Shown here one piece after another: positions 38,608-64,000 of a DNA stretch of 64,000 nt. Location of the stretch: the NCBI GenBank assembly GCA_963700145.1, contig OY969474.1:1472001-1536000 (forward strand). The letters are read 5' to 3'. Made by a program: the position numbers and the translations under genes. The notes below the pieces were generated by a model. The model saw nothing but the letters and a program-made list of their open reading frames with translations. It made no database searches and had not been told where the DNA came from. Position 1 is the stretch's first letter; each line of letters starts with the position of its first letter. Source of the stretch: an uncultured Acidobacteriota bacterium (GTDB lineage Bacteria > Acidobacteriota > Thermoanaerobaculia > Multivoradales > UBA5704).

Positions 38608-40347
38608 ATGAGCCGCCGTCTCCTCGCCGCCGCCCTCCTCCTCATCCTCCCCGCGAGCGCGGCGCCCCTCGCCGCCCAGGCCGTCTCCGACCCCGACCTC
38701 TACGGCAAGAGCCTCAAGGTGGCGCAGCAGGCGCTCCTCCACTACGGCGCCTACGACAACGAGACCGAGATCGAGCGGGTGAACCGCATCGGCTACGAGC
38801 TGGCCCGGCACGCGACCTCGCAGAAGTTCCCCTTCACCTTCGGCCTGGTGGACGTCGGCGTGCCCAACGCCTTCGCCCTGCCCGGCGGCCAGATCTTCGT
38901 CACCCGCGGCATGCTCGACCTGGGGCTCAGCGACGACATGCTGGCGAGCCTCCTCGGCCACGAGATCGCCCACGTCACCCTCGCCCACTACAAGCGGATG
39001 CAGCGCAAGGCGCAGCTGATGAACGTGCTGTCGACGCTGCTCGTCGCCGGCGTCGTCATCGGCTCCGACGGCGGCCGCGACGACCGCGGCCCGGCCCCGT
39101 ACGACCCACGCCAGCCGGAGCGGGACTCGCGCGGCAACCTGGTGCAGGGGGCCGCCGCCGCCAGCCTGGTCATCTCCGAGCTCCTGCTGCGCAGCTACAG
39201 CCGCGAGCACGAGACCGAGGCCGACGAGGAGGGGCAGCGCCTGGCCGCCGCCGCCGGCTACGACCCGATCGGCGCGCGCCAGCTCTGGGAGCTGATGCTC
39301 ACCCATTTCCCGCACGCCAAGGAGTACGGCTACTGGCAGACCCACCCCTTCCCCGACGAGCGGATGCGCGCCGCCGAGACGCGGCGCGGCCTGCTCAGCG
39401 TGGCGGCGCGGCAGCCGGCGGACGACTACCGCCTGCGCACCCAGGCCGCCCTGCTGACCTACCTCGACCGGCACGAGCCGACGCCGGAGGAGACCGATTT
39501 TCTCGAAGCGGCGGCGCTCCTCGCCTGGCCGCAGGGGAAGGCGGCCGACGAGCTGCGGCGCGAGGAGCTGGCGGCGCTGCGCGACGCCGAGCTGGCGAAG
39601 CCGCTGCTGTCGCGCGATTACGGCAGCCTCCTCGCCGCCTACCGCAAGGGGATCGAGGCGGTGCGCCGGGTGACGCCGGCGGGGGCGCCGGAGAGCCCGC
39701 TCGTCGCCGAGCTGCAGCGCGAAGTGGCAGGCTTCGAGGCGAGCCTCGGGGACCTCTACCCCAGGGCCAAGGAGGTGCTGGCCGGCGGGGTCTACGAGAC
39801 CTCGTTCCTGACCGGCTTCCTCTCGAACTTCGCCGACAAGCCCGAGGTGCCGCAGGTGGCGCTGGCCCTGGGCGACGCCTACGCCCGCCTGGGCAACGCC
39901 ACCGCCGCCGTCGAGCAGTACCTGCGCGCCTGGGAGGCGGACCCGCAGGGGACGGCGGGGAAGCGCGCCGCGACGGGCCTGCGCAACCTGGCGCCGGCGC
40001 TCGAGCAGCTCGCCGCCCTGCAGCAGCTCGTCGATCAGAAGCGCGACCCCGAGCTGCAGCGCCTGGCCGCCGAGCGCCTGGCCAAGATGGCGGCGAGCTA
40101 CCGCGAGCTTTCCAACGGCGCCGAGTACCTGCGCCGCTTCCCCGAGGCGGCGCAGGCGCAGGCGGTGCTCGGCCGGCTCGACTCCCTGGCCGACAACCTC
40201 TACGGCGAGGTCGTGCTCTACCAGGGGGTGGGCGACAACGTGAAGGCGCTCGAGCGGATGAACGCCATCCTCACCCACGCTCCCCTCTCCCCCGCCGCCG
40301 AGCGCCTGCGCGACCGCGCCGTCCTCGACCTCGAGCGGCGATCCTAG
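38608..40347 (+). CDS. M48 (BepA-like) zinc metalloprotease with TPR region
   Basis: PNAFALPGG, GHEIAH, YSREHE.EAD and THP motifs; signal peptide; TGCTACCAT -10 box 6 nt upstream. Confidence 0.9.
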   Translation: MSRRLLAAALLLILPASAAPLAAQAVSDPDLYGKSLKVAQQALLHYGAYDNETEIERVNRIGYELARHATSQKFPFTFGLVDVGVPNAFALPGGQIFVTRGMLDLGLSDDMLASLLGHEIAHVTLAHYKRMQRKAQLMNVLSTLLVAGVVIGSDGGRDDRGPAPYDPRQPERDSRGNLVQGAAAASLVISELLLRSYSREHETEADEEGQRLAAAAGYDPIGARQLWELMLTHFPHAKEYGYWQTHPFPDERMRAAETRRGLLSVAARQPADDYRLRTQAALLTYLDRHEPTPEETDFLEAAALLAWPQGKAADELRREELAALRDAELAKPLLSRDYGSLLAAYRKGIEAVRRVTPAGAPESPLVAELQREVAGFEASLGDLYPRAKEVLAGGVYETSFLTGFLSNFADKPEVPQVALALGDAYARLGNATAAVEQYLRAWEADPQGTAGKRAATGLRNLAPALEQLAALQQLVDQKRDPELQRLAAERLAKMAASYRELSNGAEYLRRFPEAAQAQAVLGRLDSLADNLYGEVVLYQGVGDNVKALERMNAILTHAPLSPAAERLRDRAVLDLERRS

Positions 40348-40350
40348 GCG

Positions 40351-41397
40351 CTAGGGCACGATGTACCCCTCGAAGATCGCGTCCCACGTCAGGTTGGGGT
40401 TGCCCGACGGGTTCGCCGAGTTGAAAGCAAAGGCATAGACCTGCAGGTCGTTGTTGAAGTTCGGCACGTTCTCGATCGAGACCCAGCCCGACAGCGTGCC
40501 GATGACCTCGATCACGTTGACGACGTGGTCGAGGCGCGTGACCGAGTCGACGAGCGGGTTCCCGGCCTCGTCGTAGCGCTTGTACGGGTAGGTGACGGCG
40601 CAGGGCTCGGGCGACGCCTCGCACAGCTCCGACGGTCCGCCGCCGGTCGAGAAAGTGTTCCAGGTGAAGATCACCAGCTTGCTCCGGCCGCTCAACGGCG
40701 CCGAGCCGAAGTGGCGCAGGTGGATGCGCTCGAGGACGGCGTTGGCGTCGCCGGTGCACTCGACGCCGGTGGTGAGCTGCTGGGCGCAGAGCCGCGCGTC
40801 GGCGTCGAGCTCCTCCCGCGAGCCGCCGCCGGCGTAGAAGTCGCGCAGCAGCGAGTTGGTGGAGGCGGGGACGAACTCGAGCGGCACCATCGCCAGGCCG
40901 TTGGCCGAGCCCTGCGACAGGCGCGTGTAATAGATGTACCCTTCGAGCGCGGCGGTGTTGGCGAAGGGGAAGGCGCCTTGGAGCGGATGGAGCGCGGTCG
41001 GCGCCGTCACCAGGTCGATGGTGAGGAAGCCGCGGTAGAACTCGCCGTCGGTGAGCTGGGCCTTGATCGGCGCCGACGCCGGCGTGATGAGGTCGCGCAG
41101 CGCCACCGACCAGGTGTCCCGCGCGGTGAGGACGACGTTGCCCTGCAGGCCGGTGGCGTTGCCGTCGATGTCCCAGAACTGGTAGTGGATGGTCTGGCCG
41201 GCGTCGAGCACGTTGGTCACCACCAGCAGCGTGTCGTGCGGATGGGTCGTCGAGTTGATGCCGGTCTCGAAGAAGGGCACCAGCAGCGACGGGGCCGGCA
41301 CGCGGTCGGTGGCGCCGGCGATGGCGCCCGCCGGCGCGGCGGCGACGGCGGCGGCCAGAAGGCAGAGCAAAACGAGCGGCAGGGGTTTTCTTCGCAT
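40351..41397 (-). CDS. Secreted hypothetical protein (DxVPAxSLLxPFFE N-terminal type)
   Basis: GGAGG RBS; signal peptide; beta-rich; Cys pairs. Confidence 0.75.
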   Translation of the reverse strand: MRRKPLPLVLLCLLAAAVAAAPAGAIAGATDRVPAPSLLVPFFETGINSTTHPHDTLLVVTNVLDAGQTIHYQFWDIDGNATGLQGNVVLTARDTWSVALRDLITPASAPIKAQLTDGEFYRGFLTIDLVTAPTALHPLQGAFPFANTAALEGYIYYTRLSQGSANGLAMVPLEFVPASTNSLLRDFYAGGGSREELDADARLCAQQLTTGVECTGDANAVLERIHLRHFGSAPLSGRSKLVIFTWNTFSTGGGPSELCEASPEPCAVTYPYKRYDEAGNPLVDSVTRLDHVVNVIEVIGTLSGWVSIENVPNFNNDLQVYAFAFNSANPSGNPNLTWDAIFEGYIVP

Positions 41398-41519
41398 TTG
41401 TTGGTCTCCTCCCAATGGGTGTCCCCCGACGCGTGCAGGGAGCGTGCCCCCGTCCCGGGGACGACGGGCGGCGACACCTGGGGAATGCTGGACGGTCCCG
41501 TCCTGAAAGGTAGAGAACT

Positions 41520-49852
<8,333 letters not shown>

Positions 49853-49856
<4 letters not shown>

Positions 49857-51427
49857 CACGGCGCCTCGCCGCCGCCGCCGCGCTCCTTCTCCTCGCCCTC
49901 CCGCCGGCGCCGGCGCCCGCCGCCGAAGGCCCCTTCCCCCGCCTCATCCTCCGCGGCGCGACCCTGATCGACGGCACCGGCGCCCCCGCCGTCGGCCCGG
50001 TGGACATCGTGATCGAGAAGGAGCGCATCGCGCAGGTGGCGATCGTCGGCGCGCCGGGCGTGCCGATCGACCCGGACGACCGCCCGAAGGCCGAGCCCAG
50101 CGACCGCGAGCTGGACCTCGCCGGGATGTACGTGCTGCCCGGCTTCATCGACCTCTACGGCCACCTCCACGAGCCCTTCGACTACAGCGCCAAGCTCTTC
50201 CTGGCCCACGGCGTCACCACCGCCCGCGAGCCGATATGCGCCGCCGGCGTGCCGCGCTGCCTGGCGTTGCGCGACGAGACCGCCAAGGGGACGAGCGTGG
50301 CGCCGCGGGTCGTGCCCTACGTCTACTTCGGCCTCACCGGACCGCAGCAGACGGCGCTGCTGCCCGACGAGGCCGCGGCCCGCCGCTGGGTGGCGGAGAC
50401 CGCCAAGGCCGGCGCCGCCGGCGTGCGCTTCCGCGACTTCTCCCCCGCGGTCCTCGCCGCGGCGGTCGACGAGGCGCACAAGCGCGGCCTCCGCACCTCC
50501 GCCCACCTCGACCAGCTCCTGGTGGCGCGCGCCGACGCCCTCGACGCGGCGCGCGCCGGGCTCGACATCCTGGAGCACTGGTACGGCCTCCCCGAGGCGC
50601 TCCTCGAGGGCCGCACCCTCCAGGACTTCCCGCCCGACTACAACTACAACGAGGTGCAGCAGCGCTTCGCCGCCGCCGGCAGGCTCTGGCGGCAGGCGGC
50701 GCCGCCGGGGAGCGAGCGCTGGAACGCGGTGCTCGCCGAGCTGGCGGAAGAGGGGCTGGTGCTGGTCCCCACCTTGAGCCTCTACGAGGCCAACCGCGAC
50801 CTGATGCGCGCCCGCACCGCCGAGTGGCACGCGCTCTACACCCTGCCGGCGCTCTGGGACTCCTTCGCCCCCGACCGCGCCGCCCACGCCGCGCACTGGT
50901 TCTACTGGACGACAGAGGAAGAGGTGGAGTGGGGGCGCAACTACCGCCTCTGGATGGAGCTCCTCAACGCCTACAAGAACCGCGGCGGCCCGGTGGCGGT
51001 GGGCTCGGACTCCGGCTTCATGTACAGCCTCCACGGCTTCGCTTACGTGCGCGAGCTGGAGCTGCTGCGCGAGGCGGGCTTCCACCCGCTGGAGGTGATC
51101 CGCGCCGCCACCCTAGAAGGCGCCCGGGCCCTCGGCCTCGACGCCGACTTGGGCAGCGTCGAGCCCGGCAAGCGCGCCGACCTCGTCGTCGTCGCCGAGA
51201 ACCCCCTCGCCAACCTGAAGGTCCTCTACGGCACCGGCGCCTTGAAGCTCGACGCCGACAACCGCCCCATCCGCGTCGGCGGCGTCCGCTGGACGATCAA
51301 GGACGGCGTCCTCCACGACGCGCCCGCGCTCCTCGCCGAGGTGCGGAAGACGGTCGCCGAGGCATGGGCGAAGGCGGGGCGCTCACCCGCGCAACCAGGG
51401 CTGGAGCCCGCGACGCCGAAGCCGTAG
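49853..51427 (+). CDS. Exported amidohydrolase-family protein
   Basis: LIDGTGAP, VLPGFID, HGVTT.R, GSDSG, AAT..GA and GSVEPGKRADL motifs; signal peptide; overlaps the NRPS1 stop. Confidence 0.88.
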
Positions 51428-53677
51428 TTACTGCAGCCAGGCGTAGCCCACCTTGACGAAGAAGGCGCGGTCGCGTTGTCGGAGGTCGATCTCGACGCTC
51501 CCCTCGTAGTCGTCCGAGTAGCCCACCAGCAGCACCGTCTGCGGGTTCAGCTTGTAGGAGAAGAGGAACTGGGTGAAGAGGGTCTCCTCCTCGGGCGCCA
51601 CCGGGAAGGTCCAGCGCTCGACCTCCCGCTCGACGTCGAGGTACTGCACGATGACGCGCGCGAAGGAGCGGACGTTGAAGTGGTAGAGGAGCTTGCCCTG
51701 GGTCAGGTTCGCCTCCTGGAACCGCGGGCCGCTCTTGATGTCGAAGGTCTGCCAGGTGTGGTCGAACGACCCCTGGACGTGCCGGCCGATGCGGAAGTCG
51801 ATCGTCGGCTGGATGAGCTCGAACTCGGCCTGCCGGGCGTTGTTGAAGTCGATGATCTCGCCGCCGCGGATGAAGAGCTGGAGGCCGAGGTTGCCGCTCG
51901 GGCGCAGGCCGAGCAGCAGGTCGCGGCGGAAGTTCTCGTACTCGACGCCGCGGAAGGCCTCCTTGTTGGGGCGCAGCCCGAGGCGCGCGAGGCTCTGCAG
52001 CGCGCCCTCGTAGGTGAAGACGATGTTGGTGCTCTTCTCGAAGAGGTCGCCGTCGAAGGTCCGCGCGTCGTTGGTGTTGAGGTCGAATTGCAGGCGCGAG
52101 AACCAGCCGCCCTCGCGCCCCCACACCGTGCGCACTACCTGGCCGTAGGCCTCCTTGATGTCCACCTGCGGCAGGAAGCCGCTGTCGGCGCGGAACTCCG
52201 GATCGCGGGAGTTGTAGCCGAAGTCCCAGGCCCAGTTGCGGGTGGCGTGCGAGTAGTCGACGCGCCAGGCCGGGCCGCTGAGCTCGTCGAGCGGCTGGCC
52301 GTTGTCGATCGCCACCTGCCGGTCGTAGCGGGTCTCGGAGTTGACCGCCTGGAAGCGGATGGTGTCGGCGTCGGTCGGGCGCAGCGAGCCGTCGAGGCCG
52401 TAGACGCGGTTGAAGTAGTCGCCGTCCCCCTCGCGGTCGGCGAGGAGGACGCCCAAAGTCGAGGTCTTGCCGATGTCGCGCCGCCAGCGCACGACGGCGC
52501 TGCGCACGTCCTCGTCGAGCGAGGTGAAGCCCGACTCCTCGGCGCCGGGGAAGATCAGGTTGTTGATGCGGTCCTCGGCGGCGAAGACGCCGAAGGCGTT
52601 GCTCCCTTCCTTGCCGGTGAGCTTGAGCCCGACCTTGGGGTCGGCGACCGTGCGGGTGAAGACGACCTGGTAGGGGGTGGCGAAGAAGTCCGCCCCCTCG
52701 AGGAAGAACGGCCGCTTCTCAGGGAAGAAGAGGGCGAAGCGCTCGTTGACGTTGAGCTGGGCGACGTCGGCCTCGACCTGCGAGAAGTCGGGGTTGACGG
52801 CGGCGTTGAGCGCCACGTTGGGCGTGATCGCCCAGCGCACTGAGACGCCGGCCTCGAACTCCTCGTCCCCCGACGCCAGCGGCTGGTCGAGGGCCGACCG
52901 CTCGTCGGTGCGCTTGGCGGTCACCGTCGGGACGACCTCCAGGTTGTAGCCGCTCTCGACACGCTGGAACCCCTCGATCGAGTCGAACTGGCAGACCAGG
53001 CAGTCGAGGCTGCGGTCGTTGCGCGTCGAGCGGAGCTGGTGGAGGACCGAGCGCGGGTAGGCGCGCAGCGCCAGGAACCCCCAGGTCTGCGGCCGCTCGC
53101 CGCGCGGGAAGCGGAGCTGCTTCCAGGGGACGGCGATCTCCACCTCGTAGCCGTCCGTGGTGATCCTGCCGGCCGAGTCCCAGATGGCGTCCCAGGAGAA
53201 GTCCTCGGTGGCGTCGACGTCGCTCACCGTCGCCTCCATCTGCACCCCCAGCGGGTTGACGCGGAACTCGAAGGCGCGGCGGCGGTCGTTGAAGGTGTCG
53301 ATCATGAAGCCGACGGCGTCGTCGTTGAAGGCGGTGTCGCGGTCGGCCAGGTAGGCGCGGATCGCGCCCGGCTCGGGGTCGTGGGCGCGGAAGCCGACGT
53401 AGAGGTTCTCGTCGTCGAAGGTGACCAGGCACTCGGTGGCAACCGGCGGCGGGGTGTTGTCGCCCGGCAGCCACTCGTGAGTGAGCGGGACGACCGCGGC
53501 GGTCTCCCAGGCGGTCTCAGAAAGGGCGCCGTCCACCGCGATGTCCGAGGCGGCCGGGGCGACGGGGAAATAGTTGCGGCCCGGCTTCTCGCCGGGGTCG
53601 GCCTGCTGGGCGGTGGCGATCAGGGCGGGGCAGAACAGCACGACAAAACACGCCGCGAGGCGCGCAAAGGCTCCCAT
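51428..53677 (-). CDS. CBM9-like/DUF5916 outer-membrane protein
   Basis: VDGALSE..W, WDAIW.S, NPDFSQVEAD and FPEKRPFFLEG motifs; C-terminal FVKVGYAW. Confidence 0.85.
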   Translation of the reverse strand: MGAFARLAACFVVLFCPALIATAQQADPGEKPGRNYFPVAPAASDIAVDGALSETAWETAAVVPLTHEWLPGDNTPPPVATECLVTFDDENLYVGFRAHDPEPGAIRAYLADRDTAFNDDAVGFMIDTFNDRRRAFEFRVNPLGVQMEATVSDVDATEDFSWDAIWDSAGRITTDGYEVEIAVPWKQLRFPRGERPQTWGFLALRAYPRSVLHQLRSTRNDRSLDCLVCQFDSIEGFQRVESGYNLEVVPTVTAKRTDERSALDQPLASGDEEFEAGVSVRWAITPNVALNAAVNPDFSQVEADVAQLNVNERFALFFPEKRPFFLEGADFFATPYQVVFTRTVADPKVGLKLTGKEGSNAFGVFAAEDRINNLIFPGAEESGFTSLDEDVRSAVVRWRRDIGKTSTLGVLLADREGDGDYFNRVYGLDGSLRPTDADTIRFQAVNSETRYDRQVAIDNGQPLDELSGPAWRVDYSHATRNWAWDFGYNSRDPEFRADSGFLPQVDIKEAYGQVVRTVWGREGGWFSRLQFDLNTNDARTFDGDLFEKSTNIVFTYEGALQSLARLGLRPNKEAFRGVEYENFRRDLLLGLRPSGNLGLQLFIRGGEIIDFNNARQAEFELIQPTIDFRIGRHVQGSFDHTWQTFDIKSGPRFQEANLTQGKLLYHFNVRSFARVIVQYLDVEREVERWTFPVAPEEETLFTQFLFSYKLNPQTVLLVGYSDDYEGSVEIDLRQRDRAFFVKVGYAWLQ

Positions 53678-53768
53678 GTGAGGATCCTCCTCGTTTCCAG
53701 AGTGTCCCATGAAGGCTACCGGGAGACGGAGCGCTAGACTCGGGCCCGGAATCCGAAGGAGGCGAGCG

Positions 53769-55328
53769 ATGCGGCAGAGCTGGAAGCGGCGGGCGTGGCG
53801 GTCGGCGGCGGCGGTGGTGATCCTCTCGGCCTTCGCGATGGCGGGCTGCCGGTCGGCGGGACCGGCCAAGCCGGGGGTGGTGGTCGAGCCGGCCCCGGCG
53901 CCCGGCGCGGCGGCGGGCGCCGTCATGCTGCCGCCGCGGGTCGAGCTGGCCCCGTGCGGTCCGGCGCAGCTCGGCCCGCAGCCCGCGCCGGAGATGGCCG
54001 GCGCGCAGTGCGGCGTCTACGAGGTCTTCGAGAACCAGCGCACGCGCGCCGGCCGCACCATCCCGCTGCAGGTCCTGGTGCTGCCCGCGACCGGCCCCGA
54101 GCGGCAGCCGGACCCTCTCCTGGTGCTGCTCGGCGGCCCCGGCCAGGGCGCGGTCGCCGCGGCGCCGATCTTCGCCAAGGCGTTCGCGCCGCTGCGGCAG
54201 AAGCGCGACCTGGTCTTCATCGACCAGCGCGGCACCGGCGGCTCGCGCCCGCTACACTGCCCGCTGCCCGGCAGCGACGACGACCCGCAGGCCTTCCTCG
54301 GCGACTTCCTGCCGGTCGAGGCCGTGCGCGCCTGCCTCGCCGCGCTCGACGCCGACCCGCGCCTCTACACCACGACGCACGCGGTCGAGGACCTCGAGGA
54401 GGTGCGCTCGGCCCTCCAGTACCCGCGCCTCAACGTCTTCGGCCACTCCTACGGCTCGCGCACGGCGCTGGTCTGGATGCGCACCTTCCCGGCGAGCGTG
54501 CGCGCCGCGGTCCTCTACGGCGCGGCGCCCACCGACATGCACCCCCCCCTCAACCACGCGCCCGACGCCCAACGCGCGCTCGACCGCCTGCTGGCGGAGT
54601 GCGCCGCCGACGCCGCCTGCGGCGCCGCCTACCCCGACCTGCCGGGCAAGCTCCAAGAGGTGCTGGCGCGGCTGGCGGCGGCGCCGGCGGAAGTCGAGAT
54701 CGAGGACCCGAAGACCAAGCGGCCGGTGCGGCTGCGGTTGTCCCGTGACCTCTATGCCGAGGTGCTGCGCTGGCGCCTCTACGACGAGCGGGCGGCGAGC
54801 CTGCCGTCGTTCATCGCCGCCGCCCACGCCGGCGACTTCGCGCCGGTGGCCCGCGCGGCGCTCGGGCTGCGGCGGGCGGGCGCCACCGGCGCGCTCCTGG
54901 CGGTCGGGACGTTCCTCTCGACGACCTGCGCCGAGGACGTGCCCGAGATCGAGAAGGCGGAGGCCGACCGGCTGGCGAAGGGGACCTTCCTCGGCAGCTA
55001 CCGCGTGGATCAGCAGCGCCGCGCCTGCGAGGTCTGGCCGCGCAACGACCTGCCGCGCGGCTACGAGGCCCCGGTCACCGCGCCGGTCCCGACCCTCGTC
55101 GTCTCCGGCGAGCGCGACCCGGTGACCCCGCCGCGCTGGGGCGAGAAGGTCACGAGCCACCTGCCACGTGCCAGCCACCTCGTCCTCCCCCACGGCGCCC
55201 ACGGCGTCCCCGGCCCCTGCCTGGCCGAAGTCTTCGCCGAATTCCTCGACCGCGCCGACCCGCAAGGGCTCGACACGAGCTGTGTCGAGAAGATCGAGCG
55301 GCCGGCGTTCGTGCTGCCTGGGGGGTAA
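53769..55328 (+). CDS. TAP-like alpha/beta hydrolase (aminopeptidase) lipoprotein
   Basis: GGPGQ, DQRGTG, GHSYG nucleophile, DPVTP and H.AH motifs; lipobox AMAGC; AAGGAGG RBS. Confidence 0.88.
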   Translation: MRQSWKRRAWRSAAAVVILSAFAMAGCRSAGPAKPGVVVEPAPAPGAAAGAVMLPPRVELAPCGPAQLGPQPAPEMAGAQCGVYEVFENQRTRAGRTIPLQVLVLPATGPERQPDPLLVLLGGPGQGAVAAAPIFAKAFAPLRQKRDLVFIDQRGTGGSRPLHCPLPGSDDDPQAFLGDFLPVEAVRACLAALDADPRLYTTTHAVEDLEEVRSALQYPRLNVFGHSYGSRTALVWMRTFPASVRAAVLYGAAPTDMHPPLNHAPDAQRALDRLLAECAADAACGAAYPDLPGKLQEVLARLAAAPAEVEIEDPKTKRPVRLRLSRDLYAEVLRWRLYDERAASLPSFIAAAHAGDFAPVARAALGLRRAGATGALLAVGTFLSTTCAEDVPEIEKAEADRLAKGTFLGSYRVDQQRRACEVWPRNDLPRGYEAPVTAPVPTLVVSGERDPVTPPRWGEKVTSHLPRASHLVLPHGAHGVPGPCLAEVFAEFLDRADPQGLDTSCVEKIERPAFVLPGG

Positions 55329-55331
55329 AGC

Positions 55332-55439
55332 TCAGCCGCTGGTCGTGCCGCGCGCTTTCGCCACGTCGGCGAGGGCGGCCAGGAACACGTCGGGATTGGG
55401 ATCTTCCAACGCCGCGGTCAGGTACTCCGCAATCGTCTC
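55332..55439 (-). pseudogene. Fragment of an HI1420-family addiction-module antidote gene
   Basis: ETIAEYLTAALEDPNPDVFLAALADVAKARG, then an early stop; HTH and N-terminus missing. Confidence 0.7.
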
Positions 55440-55452
55440 CACCGCGGCCGCC

Positions 55453-55683
55453 GACCCACTCGGTTCCGCTGCGGACCCACTCGGTTCGGCCGGTGGACCC
55501 AGTCGGTTCCGTCGCGGACCCACTCAGTTCGCCGCTGGACCCACTCGGTTCGGCCGATGACCCACCCGGTTCGCCGCCGGACCCACTCGGTTCAGCCGCC
55601 GATCCAGCCGGTTCGGCCGCTGCTCCAGTCGGTTCGGCCGCCGACCCACTTGGTTCGGCCGCCGACCCACCCATTCGGCCGCC
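55453..55683. repeat. 21-bp tandem array, consensus GACCCACTCGGTTCGGCCGCC, 11 units
   Basis: GACCCA..GGTTC recurs every 21 nt (one 22-nt and one 20-nt unit). Confidence 0.92.
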
Positions 55684-55767
55684 GGTTTACCCTGTCCCGC
55701 TCGCGGGCTGGGCGAACACCGTACAATTGGCGCTCGCGGCGGAGGGGGACGTGTGCCGCAACACGAA

Positions 55768-56757
55768 ATGACTCAGCGACTTCGCGGATGGTCTACGGTG
55801 AGGACGGCAGCACTGCTGCTCTGCGCCGTTTTGTGCGCCGGCGGCGCCTGGGCCGTGCCGAACGGGCCGGTCGCGGCCGCCGCCCCGGCTCCCGGTCTCG
55901 AGGGGCTGTGGGAGGGGCTGATCGTCTATCGCTCCGCCGAGGTCGAGATCGAGTTCGCCGTCGAGGTCGCGCGCGACGCGAACGGCAAGCTGGTGGGGAC
56001 GATCGACATCCCGAACCAGCAGCTCCAGTTCCACCCCCTCGACCGCGTGGCGCTCGACGGGCGCAAGGGGGAGCTTGCGTTCACCTGGTTCGTGCCGCAC
56101 GCGCAGCAGAACGTCTCGACGACCTTCACCGGCACCCTGACCGGCGACGGCAAGAGCTTCGCCGGCACCCTGGTCGAGAGCGACGCGCCGGAGACCAGCG
56201 TCCCCTTCACCATGCGCCGGGTCGGCGACCCCGGCACGCCGCGCCCGGAGACCAAGCAGGGCGCGCTCCTGCCCCTCTCCCCCGCCGCCGCCGAGCTCAA
56301 GGAAGCCTTCAACCGCGACGCCGGGAAGACCCGCCTCGTCATGCTCCTCTCCCCGACGTGAGGGGTGTGCCTGATCAGCGCCCGGGTGGTGCAACGTTAC
56401 GTGCTGGACGAGATCGCGAGCGACGACCTGCGGGTCTACACGGTCTGGGGGCCGATGCTGGGCGACGAGAAGGAGCCCGACGCCCGACGCGCCACGGTCT
56501 CTCTCCCCGATCCGCGGGTGAGTCACTTCTGGACCGATGCGCACGGCGTCGCCGAGGCGTTCCAGGCGCCGCTCGCGCTGACCGCGGAGCGCGCCTGGGA
56601 TACTTTCCTGCTCTACCCGCCGGACGCCCGCTGGGCGGAGGCGGCTCCCGCGCCGACCTACTACATGCACGTCGGCAAGCCGCTCCCCAAGGAGCGGCGG
56701 CTGAACGGGCAGAAGCTGGCCGACCAGGTGCGCGCCACGCTCGGGGGGGCCAGATAG
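55768..56757 (+). CDS. Putative exported selenoprotein: beta-rich N-domain plus thioredoxin-like UxxC domain
   Basis: In-frame TGA at 56359-56361 joins two ORFs as LLSPT-U-GVC-LISAR; SECIS-like hairpin at 56378-56392; signal peptide; TACAAT box at 55722. Confidence 0.8.
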
Positions 56758-56770
56758 GTCACCCGGGCTG

Positions 56771-64000
<7,230 letters not shown>

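Noticed and set aside
41410-41500. GC-rich hairpins upstream of NRPS1 as a riboswitch
   Set aside because: No recognisable riboswitch consensus; such pairing is expected by chance at this GC content
55753-56757. Two separate genes (202 aa and 130 aa) as in the ORF track
   Set aside because: Same frame, separated only by one TGA in a UxxC context; better read as one selenoprotein

Overview
High-GC bacterial DNA, most likely Acidobacteriota (Thermoanaerobaculia-like). This is inferred from the PadR plus duplicated orphan ABC permease pair, an Oar-type TonB receptor and sulfatase-TPR genes. 1-18.8 kb holds housekeeping and catabolic genes: deacetylase fusion, acyltransferase, PP2C phosphatase, TonB receptor with two sulfatase-like TPR proteins, and an aminotransferase/ALDH/CoA-transferase operon. 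18.9-24.4 kb is a lower-GC island with attC-like hairpins but no integrase, capped by an intact IS5-family element. 24.4-41.4 kb holds transport, hydrolase, toxin-antitoxin and fatty-acid genes, plus a small Cys-rich secreted protein. 41.5-64 kb is an NRPS cluster. NRPS1 (A-T-C-A-T-C-A-T) has a first C domain with the ureido-forming signature EHHxxHDG. A likely exported UxxC selenoprotein (in-frame UGA plus SECIS-like hairpin) lies directly upstream of NRPS2, which runs off the window and has many indels after ~59.4 kb (probably consensus errors). Three unrelated 21-bp tandem arrays occur in intergenic DNA. No rRNA, tRNA or CRISPR array was recognised. All product calls come from motif recognition by eye, not database searches.
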